From Candidatus Tayloriibacteriota bacterium (GTDB lineage Bacteria; Patescibacteriota; Minisyncoccia; Phycocordibacterales; SIBU01), in the NCBI GenBank assembly GCA_016188455.1, contig JACPHR010000021.1:1-56733 (forward strand): DNA of 56,733 bases. The letters are read 5' to 3'. The translations under genes and the position numbers were made by a program. This document shows positions 25,399 through 33,316 of this stretch, piece after piece. The notes beneath the pieces are model-generated. The model saw only the letters and a program-made list of their open reading frames with translations, was not told the DNA's origin and searched no databases. The number at the start of each line of letters is the position of its first letter. The first letter of the stretch is position 1.

Positions 25399-27075
25399 CT
25401 ACTCTTTCTCCAAATCCACCACTCTTCCAAGCTCTTTAAGCGAGGTAACGCCCGCCAGCACTTTCATAATGCCGTCCTCTTTCATGGTCAGAATGCCTTG
25501 GGGCAAGGCGGCCTTTTGAATTTCCCGCTCGCTTGGGTTTTGGCGGACGACCGCTTCTATGGCTTCGTTCATCAAAATGGCCTCGTAAATGCCGATTCTG
25601 CCCTTAAAACCGGTGTGGTTGCAGGCATCGCAGCCGACCTCAATCCACATTTTTGTCCGATTCGCAATCGTCGCCTTGTTTTTGATTAGAGCCAGAGCAT
25701 TGTCAATCAGGATTTTCTCTTTGCCCGCGATTGTCGCCTCCTTTCGGCATTCAACGCAGAGTTTGCGGACCAATCGTTGGGCCATGGAAACATTGATGGC
25801 CGAGGACATCGTCTTGACGTTGACGCCCAGGTCTATCAGGCGGGGGAAAGTGCCGGCGGCGGTGTTGGTGTGGAGGGTGGAAAAAACCAAGTGGCCAGTC
25901 AGGGCGGCGTTGACGGCGATTTCGGCCGTCTCGTTGTCGCGAATTTCGCCGACCATGATAATGTCCGGGTCTTGGCGCAAGGCGCTCCGCAAGCCCTCAA
26001 GAAACGAGTAGCCCTTTTCAACGTTAGTCTGGGTTTGCACAATGCCGGGCAGGTGGTACTCAATCGGGTCTTCAATGGTGATGATTTTTATGTCCGCGGT
26101 GTGGACTTTACGCAGGAAGGCGTAGAGCGTCGTCGTCTTGCCGCTGCCGGTGGGTCCGGTGGTCAATATCATGCCGTAGGGTTTGGCTATCTCATGCTCA
26201 AGGGTGGCGAGCAGTTTCGGTTCAATGCCCAACTCTTCAATCGGCACGGCGATTGATTTTGGGTTTAGGATTCTCATGACAATGGACTCGCTGTAAGCGC
26301 CCGGCAGGAGCGAAGTCCTGATTTCAATATCGTCCTCGTTTATTTTGACGCTGAAACGACCGTCCTGGGCTTCGGTTTTGACGTTAAGTTTCAGTCCCGA
26401 GAGCAGTTTGATGCGCGAATTTATCAGGGCGTAGGTTTCTTTGTCAAACTTCAGGATGTCGTTTAACACTCCGTCCAGGCGATAACGCAGTCTCGCGTAA
26501 TCCTCCTCCGGCTCTATATGAACGTCGGAGGCTTTGGTGGCCAGCGCGCCCGCCAGGATAATTTCAATCAAGCGGGAAATTCTGTAGCTCTTTTTTTCCG
26601 CCAAAATGCCTTCAATCAGTTTGGCGATATCGCTTATGGAGTGAACCTTGCCTAAAAAAGCAGCGATTTCATCACTCGACACATCAAGGGCGCCAGCGGT
26701 GGACTCGGTTGAGTAGGACAGTTCCTTGTAGTGGCTCCAGGCTTTCGCCAGACTTTCACCAGTGGCGGTAAAGACGGTGACGAAGAAGCCGGCCTCGGTG
26801 AGAGCTTTGAGAGCGGTCTTGGTTTCTTCGGCGGCGGGGGAGATGACGGCCACCTGGACTTTTTTCCCGACCAGATTGAAAGCCGCGACCCCGGCCCTTC
26901 GGGCGGTTTCTTCTTTGATGAGCCGGAGGGCGTCGGTGTTGATGGGCATCAGGGCAAGGCTGATGTATTCAACGCCGTACTTCTCGGCGATTATTTTGGC
27001 AAAATCCTCCTCTTCTTTCTTGCGCCACTCTTCCAATTTTTGCTTTTGTTTGTCCTCGTCAAATTGGATTGTCAT
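25399..27075 (-). CDS. pilB: type IV pilus assembly ATPase PilB (GspE family)
   Basis: Walker A GPTGSGKTTTLY, Asp box, Walker B IIMVGEIRD, His box LVFSTLHTN and the tetracysteine CVEC..C.AC. Confidence 0.9.
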   Translation of the reverse strand: MTIQFDEDKQKQKLEEWRKKEEEDFAKIIAEKYGVEYISLALMPINTDALRLIKEETARRAGVAAFNLVGKKVQVAVISPAAEETKTALKALTEAGFFVTVFTATGESLAKAWSHYKELSYSTESTAGALDVSSDEIAAFLGKVHSISDIAKLIEGILAEKKSYRISRLIEIILAGALATKASDVHIEPEEDYARLRYRLDGVLNDILKFDKETYALINSRIKLLSGLKLNVKTEAQDGRFSVKINEDDIEIRTSLLPGAYSESIVMRILNPKSIAVPIEELGIEPKLLATLEHEIAKPYGMILTTGPTGSGKTTTLYAFLRKVHTADIKIITIEDPIEYHLPGIVQTQTNVEKGYSFLEGLRSALRQDPDIIMVGEIRDNETAEIAVNAALTGHLVFSTLHTNTAAGTFPRLIDLGVNVKTMSSAINVSMAQRLVRKLCVECRKEATIAGKEKILIDNALALIKNKATIANRTKMWIEVGCDACNHTGFKGRIGIYEAILMNEAIEAVVRQNPSEREIQKAALPQGILTMKEDGIMKVLAGVTSLKELGRVVDLEKE

Positions 27076-27168
27076 ACTGACATTCTAGCGTCTTTCACCT
27101 TCCCGCACAACGGCAATTATTTTTAGACGGCTCACGTTAACAGGTTAATTAAAATCAATTTCTAAAAC

Positions 27169-27208
27169 ATGCTACCTAACTCAGGCGTACGCCTGAGTTA
27201 GGTAGCAT
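27169..27208. other. 40-bp perfect palindrome in the pilB-upstream divergent spacer
   Basis: ATGCTACCTAACTCAGGCGTACGCCTGAGTTAGGTAGCAT. It could be an operator or a stem-loop element. Confidence 0.4.
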
Positions 27209-27371
27209 AGCGGGAGTTTCCCAATGAGAAAGTTTCCAATTTAGCCGGCCCAGGTTAACATATTGACAGCAACGATAAACTATGATAGTATTTCAGCAGT
27301 AGTAAACGGCAGAAATTCATTTAAACCGGGTGCCGATAAATGGCACCCACATCCCAGAAAGGCGGTTGCAG

Positions 27372-27599
27372 GTGAAAAAGTTTTTGTTCCTCGCATTTGT
27401 TTTGGCAATGGTTTGCGCCGCCGGCGGTTGCGCCTGCGGTCCCTACTCTGGTTCGGGTTACTACCCGACGTACGGGCCATATGAATACGTCTACCCGAGT
27501 TATGGGTACCGTTACCACTCCTACTATCCCAGCTACGGCGGGCATCATAACCACAGCGGGCATCACCACGGCGGGGGTCATCACGGCGGGCATCGCTAG
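27372..27599 (+). CDS. small secreted/lipoprotein-like Tyr-Gly-His-rich peptide
   Basis: GTG start with signal peptide VKKFLFLAFVLAMVCAAGGC. The mature ~55 aa are GPYSGSGYYPTYGPYEYVYPSYGYRYHSYYPSYGGHHNHSGHHHGGGHHGGHR. A terminator follows at 27616-27642. Confidence 0.5.
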   Translation: MKKFLFLAFVLAMVCAAGGCACGPYSGSGYYPTYGPYEYVYPSYGYRYHSYYPSYGGHHNHSGHHHGGGHHGGHR

Positions 27600-27615
27600 C
27601 CAAAAGTTTCGCAGG

Positions 27616-27642
27616 GCGTCTCGATTTTCGGGACGCTTTTTT
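27616..27642 (+). terminator. rho-independent terminator
   Basis: GCGTCTCGATTTTCGGGACGC followed by TTTTTT. Confidence 0.7.
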
Positions 27643-27646
27643 CTTT

Positions 27647-27716
27647 CCCAGTAGTATAAATTGGCATCGCAAGGCGAAGCCTTGCTTGGAATATAATGCC
27701 AATTTTCACTACTGGG
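27647..27716. repeat. 70-nt compound hairpin upstream of tsaE
   Basis: The outer arms are CCCAGTAGTATAAATTGGCAT and ATGCCAATTTTCACTACTGGG. The inner hairpin is GCAAGGCGAAGCCTTGC. Confidence 0.5.
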
Positions 27717-27735
27717 TTTGTGCTACAATCTCGGA

Positions 27736-28200
27736 ATGGAATTTACGAGCACAAGCTCGGCGGACACGAAAAAGTTTGCCGCCGAATTTATCAATAAAAA
27801 AAAAGCCCCGCCCCCGCCCGCGGCGGGCGGGGGCGGGGCCACTGTCGTCGGTCTTTACGGCAACCTCGGCTCGGGTAAGACCACTTTCGTTCAGTGTGTC
27901 GCCGAACTTTTAGGCGTTGCCGAGCCCGTTACCAGCCCGACTTTTGTCATTCTAAAAACCTATAAACTAAAAACTAAAAACTATAAACTTCTCCATCACC
28001 TTGACGCGTACCGATTGAAAAGCGGGGACGATCTCCGCAAGCTTGGGTTTGAAAAACTGCTCCGCGACAAAACCAGCCTTATTCTTATAGAATGGGCCGA
28101 CCGCGTCGCGGGTATCCTTCCGCCCGGCCATATCAAAGTTTATTTTGAGTTTGTGGATGATAAGACTCGCCGACTCAGCTTCGTGTCAGGGGTCAGTTGA
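27736..28200 (+). CDS. tsaE: tRNA t6A37 biosynthesis ATPase TsaE
   Basis: Walker A GNLGSGKTTF, SPTFVI and HLDAYRL are the YjeE/TsaE signatures. It contains a GC-palindrome-encoded insert (APPPPAAGGGGA). Confidence 0.8.
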   Translation: MEFTSTSSADTKKFAAEFINKKKAPPPPAAGGGGATVVGLYGNLGSGKTTFVQCVAELLGVAEPVTSPTFVILKTYKLKTKNYKLLHHLDAYRLKSGDDLRKLGFEKLLRDKTSLILIEWADRVAGILPPGHIKVYFEFVDDKTRRLSFVSGVS

Positions 28201-28259
28201 CGCACGGTTATATTTCTGATAGAACAAGTGAAGTAAACACCGAAAGAGTGAAAGGACGG

Positions 28260-28604
28260 ATGAAAACTCTATGCGGCATGATTACTTGGTTACTTCTCTG
28301 TGGCTGCGCACCCATCCATTATATTACCGTGCACAATGGCACTGGCAAGTACGCGGACATTGAGCAGACGGGCGGGGGGAAAAGAAAAATACCGGTCAAA
28401 AATTTGCAGGCAGGTGACTTATACACGATAGAACTGCGATTACATCCCCGGCAACGCACTGTTTTCATAGCCACGCTTCACAACGGAGATTCCCAGCGCC
28501 ACTTTTGCCGTTTGGAGGTTTCCTGCGGCTCAAAAGAATACCACACCGTTAATCTTTGGGAAGTTGACCAAGGAGTCCCTCTCACGCGGATAGAGTGGCC
28601 CTAA
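28260..28604 (+). CDS. hypothetical protein with signal/lipoprotein-like N-terminus
   Basis: ATG 28260 is preceded by AAAGGA. The N-terminus is MKTLCGMITWLLLCGC. A terminator lies at 28634-28658. Confidence 0.45.
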   Translation: MKTLCGMITWLLLCGCAPIHYITVHNGTGKYADIEQTGGGKRKIPVKNLQAGDLYTIELRLHPRQRTVFIATLHNGDSQRHFCRLEVSCGSKEYHTVNLWEVDQGVPLTRIEWP

Positions 28605-28633
28605 GGCTCTCTTGGCAAAGAGCGCGCGCCTGG

Positions 28634-28658
28634 CCGAACCGTAATGGTTCGGTTTTTT
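28634..28658 (+). terminator. rho-independent terminator
   Basis: CCGAACCGTAATGGTTCGG followed by TTTTTT. Confidence 0.7.
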
Positions 28659-28708
28659 ATTTATTGTCTACAGCATATCCGCCGCTGAAGTTTTTATGGA
28701 AAGTTTGC

Positions 28709-28981
28709 CTAGAGGTGGTGGCGCAGAGCGTTCTCCAGTTTTTCAATGTGGTCTGTTGAGAGGTGGTGTTGGCCCGGATGTTCCTTAAGCCAGTTGATGC
28801 CTTTTTTCAACTCATCTTTACTGATGCCAGAACCCGAGCCTTCCTCGTCAATATCGCCGCGAAAAGTTTCCTTTATCTGTCCCAGTTGGTGTTCCGAAAA
28901 ACCCTCCTTGTCTTTCAAGTGGTAAAGCACTTTTTTGAATTCGTGATGCGAAACGCGGTCACTACCGCCAAAAATTCCCAT
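28709..28981 (-). CDS. hypothetical protein (His-rich; possible EF-hand-like acidic loop)
   Basis: 90-aa ORF. DIDEEGSGSGISKDEL is a loosely EF-hand-like loop. No firm family. Confidence 0.4.
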   Translation of the reverse strand: MGIFGGSDRVSHHEFKKVLYHLKDKEGFSEHQLGQIKETFRGDIDEEGSGSGISKDELKKGINWLKEHPGQHHLSTDHIEKLENALRHHL

Positions 28982-29234
28982 AGTTTTTGAATGATTACTC
29001 CTATTAGCTTAAGTATATCATTTCAAGATATTTTGTCATGGGTTAATCGGAGAATTATTTTGCTCTCTTTAACTATAAGCTAATTCGCACGAATTAGCCT
29101 AGGCGTATAAAAACCTAAAACCTAAAAACAAAATCGACTTTTTTATTTGCCGCGGAGTGCTAAAATTGTCATATGGCTTTATTCATAATTCCTTATTGCC
29201 ATTTCCACCTACGCCGAGGCTTCGGCGGACAAGC

Positions 29235-31799
29235 ATGATTCATGATTCTAAAACTAAACTCCGTTTAGTTTTGCTTGACGCCCACGCCATTTTGCACCGG
29301 GCCTATCACGCTCTGCCTGATTTTTCGTCGAGCAAAGGCGAACCGACGGGAGCACTTTACGGCCTCTCGAGCATGCTCATCAAAATTATCGCCGACTTGA
29401 AGCCGGACTACATGGCGGCGGCTTATGACCTGCCCAAAGCCACCTTCAGGCACGAAGCCTACAAGGAGTACAAAGCCGGCCGCGCCAAAGCCGACCCGGA
29501 ACTGGTTTCCCAAATCAAGCGCTCGCGGGATATTTTTGAAGCCTTTACCATTCCCATATACGACAAGGAGGGATTTGAAGCCGACGACATTCTCGGTACC
29601 ATAGTAGAATTGGTCAAAGGTCAAAGGTCAAAGGTCAAAGGTTTTGATTTGGACATTATCATCGCTTCGGGGGACATGGATACGCTTCAACTGGTAGATG
29701 ATAAAAAGGTGCGGGTCTATACTTTGAAAAAGGGCATTGCCGATACGATTCTTTATGACGAAGACTCGGTAATTAAGCGCTTTGGTTTTCCGCCCAAGCT
29801 TTTACCCGACTATAAGGGCTTGCGAGGCGACCCGTCGGACAACATTATTGGCGTCAAAGGTGTCGGCGAGAAGACTGGCGGCATTTTAGTCAGCCGCTTT
29901 GGCACCATTGAAGAGCTGTACGGCAAGCTCAAAAAAAGCGACAACAGTTTTAAGGCCGCGGGTATCACGGACAGAGTCATCGCCCTGCTCAAAGCAAACG
30001 AAGAAGAGGCCGAGTTTAGTAAAATGCTGGCGCTCATCCGCCGTGATGCGCCGATTGATTTTGCCTTGCCGGAGAAGCCCTGGCGGCAGTCGCTTGATAT
30101 GGGCAAAGTCATCAAGCTTTTTTCAGAGCTTGAGTTTCGGACGCTCGGCGCCAGGCTCACGCAAGCGCTTGTCGGGAAGAGTCAGGAAAAGAATCAAGAA
30201 TCAGGAATCAAGAATTACGAAAGAGAAAAGGAGGGTCAGCAGAAAGAGGGAAAAGGTGCAAAAGGAGAAGTGGCAAATGCCGCGGACGGAGGGCTTTTTA
30301 CAAATATTGCGAATACCATTCCGGCACCCGACCCCGAATCCCTTGCCGAGACCGCCATAGCTTTATGGCTCATCAATTCCAACATCACCAACCCGACATT
30401 AGAGGATATTTTAAACTTTAGCGGCGCCAAGAATTTCGCCGAGGCAAGGACAGCCGTTTTTAAACGACTGGCAGAACTAAAACTTACCGCCGTCTTTGAA
30501 ACTATTGAGAAGCCCTTGATACCCGTTGTCCGCGGTATGAAAGAGCGCGGTATCGGCGTTGACGCGGCGCAGCTTAAAAAACTTTCCAAAGAATACCACC
30601 ATACTCTCGCGGGCCTGCAGAAAAAAATCTGGAAGCTGGCGGGGGAAGAATTTAACGTCAGTTCGCCGAAGCAGCTTGCCGTCGTGCTTTTTGAAAAGCT
30701 TGGTCTCAAAGCCAAAAACCAGAAGAAAACCGGCACGGGTTTGCTTTCCACCAAAGAGTCCGAGCTTGAAAAACTGCGCGAGGCGAACCCCATCATCAAT
30801 CTTATTTTGGAATATCGCGAGCTCGCCAAACTGCTAGGCACCTACATAGACCCTGTAGCGCTCGCGGACTCGCACGGAGCAGGCGCCATTCCCTGGGCGA
30901 TTGATGAGAGGGGTCGTTTACACGCCACCTTTTTGCAGGCGGGCACTACCACCGGCCGGATGGGTTGCGAAAATCCCAATCTTCAGAACATCCCGAACAA
31001 AACCGAGCTCGGCAGAAAAATCAGGCGCGCTTTCGCGGCCGCGCCCGGTTTCTCCTTGGTCGCTTTTGACTATTCTCAAATTGAACTGCGCATCGCCGCT
31101 TTTCTTTCCGGCGACCGGAAACTTATTGAGATTTTCAAACAAGGCGCTGACGTGCACACGGCGGTGGCCTCCGAAGTGTTCGGCGTGCCCGGCGACAAGG
31201 TCCACCCGGAGATGCGCCGCAAGGCCAAAGTTATCAACTTCGGCGTGATGTACGGTATGGGCGTCAACGCTTTGCGGGCCAATCTGGGCGGCGACCCGTC
31301 TGCGGGTTCAGGGCAGGCCAGCCGCGAGGAGGCCCAAAAGTTTTACAACGACTATTTTGCAAAATTCTCCGGCCTGGCTCGCTACCTTGAGGCGGTCAAA
31401 GCGGAGGCGAGACGGCGCGGCTTTACCGAAACTTTTTTCGGCCGCCGCCGCTACTTCCTGGGCATCACTTCCAAGCTGCCTTTTATCCGCGCCTCGGCCG
31501 AGCGGCAGGCGGCGAACGCGCCGATTCAGGGCACCGAAGCCGATATCATCAAGCTCGCCATGATAAATGTTGACCGCTTCATTGAAAAATCTGGATTGCG
31601 CGGCAAGGCCTATCTTTTATTGCAGGTGCATGATGAACTGGTCTATGAGATTGAGGCGGGGCTGGTGAAAAAAACGGCTCCCGAGATTAAAAAAATAATG
31701 GAGAACGTTTTGCCGCCCAAGGACATCAAGGGCGTGCCGATTGCGGTGGACGCCTCGGTGGGGAAGAATTGGGGTAGCATGCTTCGCCTCGCGGACTGA
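29235..31799 (+). CDS. polA: DNA polymerase I (5' nuclease + polymerase; vestigial/absent 3'-5' exonuclease domain)
   Basis: 5'-nuclease N-terminus (LLDAHAILHRAYHAL, GVKGVGEKT) and polymerase motifs A DYSQIELR, B RRKAKVINFGVMYG and C LQVHDELV. The start is taken at ATG 29235 (the ORF track starts at 29157). Confidence 0.9.
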   Translation: MIHDSKTKLRLVLLDAHAILHRAYHALPDFSSSKGEPTGALYGLSSMLIKIIADLKPDYMAAAYDLPKATFRHEAYKEYKAGRAKADPELVSQIKRSRDIFEAFTIPIYDKEGFEADDILGTIVELVKGQRSKVKGFDLDIIIASGDMDTLQLVDDKKVRVYTLKKGIADTILYDEDSVIKRFGFPPKLLPDYKGLRGDPSDNIIGVKGVGEKTGGILVSRFGTIEELYGKLKKSDNSFKAAGITDRVIALLKANEEEAEFSKMLALIRRDAPIDFALPEKPWRQSLDMGKVIKLFSELEFRTLGARLTQALVGKSQEKNQESGIKNYEREKEGQQKEGKGAKGEVANAADGGLFTNIANTIPAPDPESLAETAIALWLINSNITNPTLEDILNFSGAKNFAEARTAVFKRLAELKLTAVFETIEKPLIPVVRGMKERGIGVDAAQLKKLSKEYHHTLAGLQKKIWKLAGEEFNVSSPKQLAVVLFEKLGLKAKNQKKTGTGLLSTKESELEKLREANPIINLILEYRELAKLLGTYIDPVALADSHGAGAIPWAIDERGRLHATFLQAGTTTGRMGCENPNLQNIPNKTELGRKIRRAFAAAPGFSLVAFDYSQIELRIAAFLSGDRKLIEIFKQGADVHTAVASEVFGVPGDKVHPEMRRKAKVINFGVMYGMGVNALRANLGGDPSAGSGQASREEAQKFYNDYFAKFSGLARYLEAVKAEARRRGFTETFFGRRRYFLGITSKLPFIRASAERQAANAPIQGTEADIIKLAMINVDRFIEKSGLRGKAYLLLQVHDELVYEIEAGLVKKTAPEIKKIMENVLPPKDIKGVPIAVDASVGKNWGSMLRLAD
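29612..29641 (+). repeat. tandem heptamer (GGTCAAA x4) inside polA
   Basis: GGTCAAAGGTCAAAGGTCAAAGGTCAAAGG encodes VKGQRSKVKG in frame. Confidence 0.85.
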
Positions 31800-31889
31800 C
31801 GTGGACTAACCCTCCTTCGTCCAAGACTTCGGACGGGCACGGCGCGGACTGACGCGGAAGGGGAAATGGCGGGCTTTTTCTTATCCTCG

Positions 31890-31938
31890 CATTATTCGTA
31901 TTGATTAGTATCATTCGTGCCATTAGTATATTAGTATC
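31890..31938. repeat. family-A repeat, right-arm-type copy immediately upstream of ATG 31942
   Basis: CATTATTCGTATTGATTAGTATCATTCGTGCCATTAGTATATTAGTATC. Confidence 0.65.
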
Positions 31939-31941
31939 TTT

Positions 31942-32586
31942 ATGTTGTATCTTATTCACGGTTCCGACACGGACAAAACCCGCGAGAAGGCGCGGGAGCT
32001 TGTCGCGAGCTTGCAAAAGAAAAAGCCGGAGGCAGAGGTTTTCCGGCTGGGTTCGGATAATTGGAACGAGGCGCGGTTTGATGAATTTATTTCCTCGCAA
32101 GGTTTGTTTGAGCGGAAGTTCATCGTTTTTGCCAATCGGCTGCTTGAAAACAAGGAAGCCAAGGCGGCAGTGACGGAAAAACTGCCCGCCATTCAGCAGT
32201 CCGAGAACATTTTCATTTTTCTTGAAGGGGCTGTAGACAAAGCAACCCTGCTGGAAATTGCCGAGGCGGCCGAAAAAGTCCAGGTTTTTGAGAAAACTGA
32301 GAAAGAAAGGTTTAACGTCTTTTCTCTGGCCAACGCTCTGCGGGCGCGCGACCGCCGAGGACTTTGGGTCAGCTATCAAAAAGCCGTGAGAAACGGCGCC
32401 TTGCCCGAGGAGTTGTCCGGCGTCTTGTTTTGGCAGATTAAGACCTTGTTGGCAACGGGCTCCAGAAATTTTTCTCCGGCGGAGCTTGAAACTTTGGCTC
32501 TAAATATAGTCAGGCTTTATCACGACGCCCACCGCGGTCTCGTTGACTTTGAAACCGGCCTTGAGCGTTTTGTCTTAACCGTGTAA
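31942..32586 (+). CDS. probable DNA polymerase III delta subunit (short HolA-like)
   Basis: MLYLIHGSD....R.KA.EL...L.......EVFRL and its length resemble the short delta subunits of reduced genomes. The similarity is weak. Confidence 0.45.
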   Translation: MLYLIHGSDTDKTREKARELVASLQKKKPEAEVFRLGSDNWNEARFDEFISSQGLFERKFIVFANRLLENKEAKAAVTEKLPAIQQSENIFIFLEGAVDKATLLEIAEAAEKVQVFEKTEKERFNVFSLANALRARDRRGLWVSYQKAVRNGALPEELSGVLFWQIKTLLATGSRNFSPAELETLALNIVRLYHDAHRGLVDFETGLERFVLTV

Positions 32587-32611
32587 AATATATTCTAATG
32601 GATCCCGTTAG

Positions 32612-32732
32612 TCCCGTTAGAAGCCGCGGTCACGGTATAAGTAGTCAAAAATATAAAATGAAATTTGGTAAAAATGTTTATCAATATAACCTTAGCAAGA
32701 GCGCGCTGACCGCGACCTGCTTCTAAACGGGA
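32612..32732. repeat. family-E stem-loop element ending at start codon 32732
   Basis: Arms TCCCGTTAGAAGC (32612-32624, with an extra TCCCGTTAG at 32603) and GCTTCTAAACGGGA (32719-32732). The inner stem is CCGCGGTCA / TGACCGCG. Confidence 0.55.
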
Positions 32733-33136
32733 TGGAACAAATACGGTTTGTTTGGAATATGATGTATCGCGTCTGGCCGCCATGCATCAGGACGGCGGAG
32801 CGCCTCGGTTTTCACAATTTCCGGCAAAAGTATTTTCTCGGCCATTTGAACGCCAATTACAACAAGGACAATTTTATCGCCTTTCTCGCGGCGCAGGGCT
32901 TTGAACGCGCCAAAATCGCCTGGCGCGACCCCGGAGAAGTCTTGAGCATGAGAAAAATCCACCGCGACATTTTTCAGTACCACATTAGGCTCTTCATTGA
33001 CGGCGAAATCCGCGCCCACTACGAATACTCGCCCGAATCTCATCCGCTTGACCACTTTTTTGAAGTTCGTTTTGACCCGGAAACCGAATTTTTTAAGCGA
33101 CTTTTAGGGGACTACCTGATTGTCTCGGAAAAGTAA
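32732..33136 (+). CDS. hypothetical protein
   Basis: 134-aa ORF. Its start ATGGAACAA mirrors the dnaA start context ACGGGATGGACAA. No family recognised. Confidence 0.4.
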   Translation: MEQIRFVWNMMYRVWPPCIRTAERLGFHNFRQKYFLGHLNANYNKDNFIAFLAAQGFERAKIAWRDPGEVLSMRKIHRDIFQYHIRLFIDGEIRAHYEYSPESHPLDHFFEVRFDPETEFFKRLLGDYLIVSEK

Positions 33137-33211
33137 AGTTTAAGAGCGACACCGCAGGGCATTAACCCTGCGGGTAGCCCCGAACTCACCCTGCGCTCCG
33201 CGCAGGATATT

Positions 33212-33258
33212 GAATTCGTAGCTATTCGTATCATTCGCACCATTTGTATATTGGTATG
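33212..33258. repeat. family-A repeat, right-arm-type solo copy
   Basis: GAATTCGTAGCTATTCGTATCATTCGCACCATTTGTATATTGGTATG. Confidence 0.65.
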
Positions 33259-33316
33259 TTTGTCTAATAAAAAGACCTGTCTGACACAGGTCTCGCGCTA
33301 TCGTCAACTATAACCA

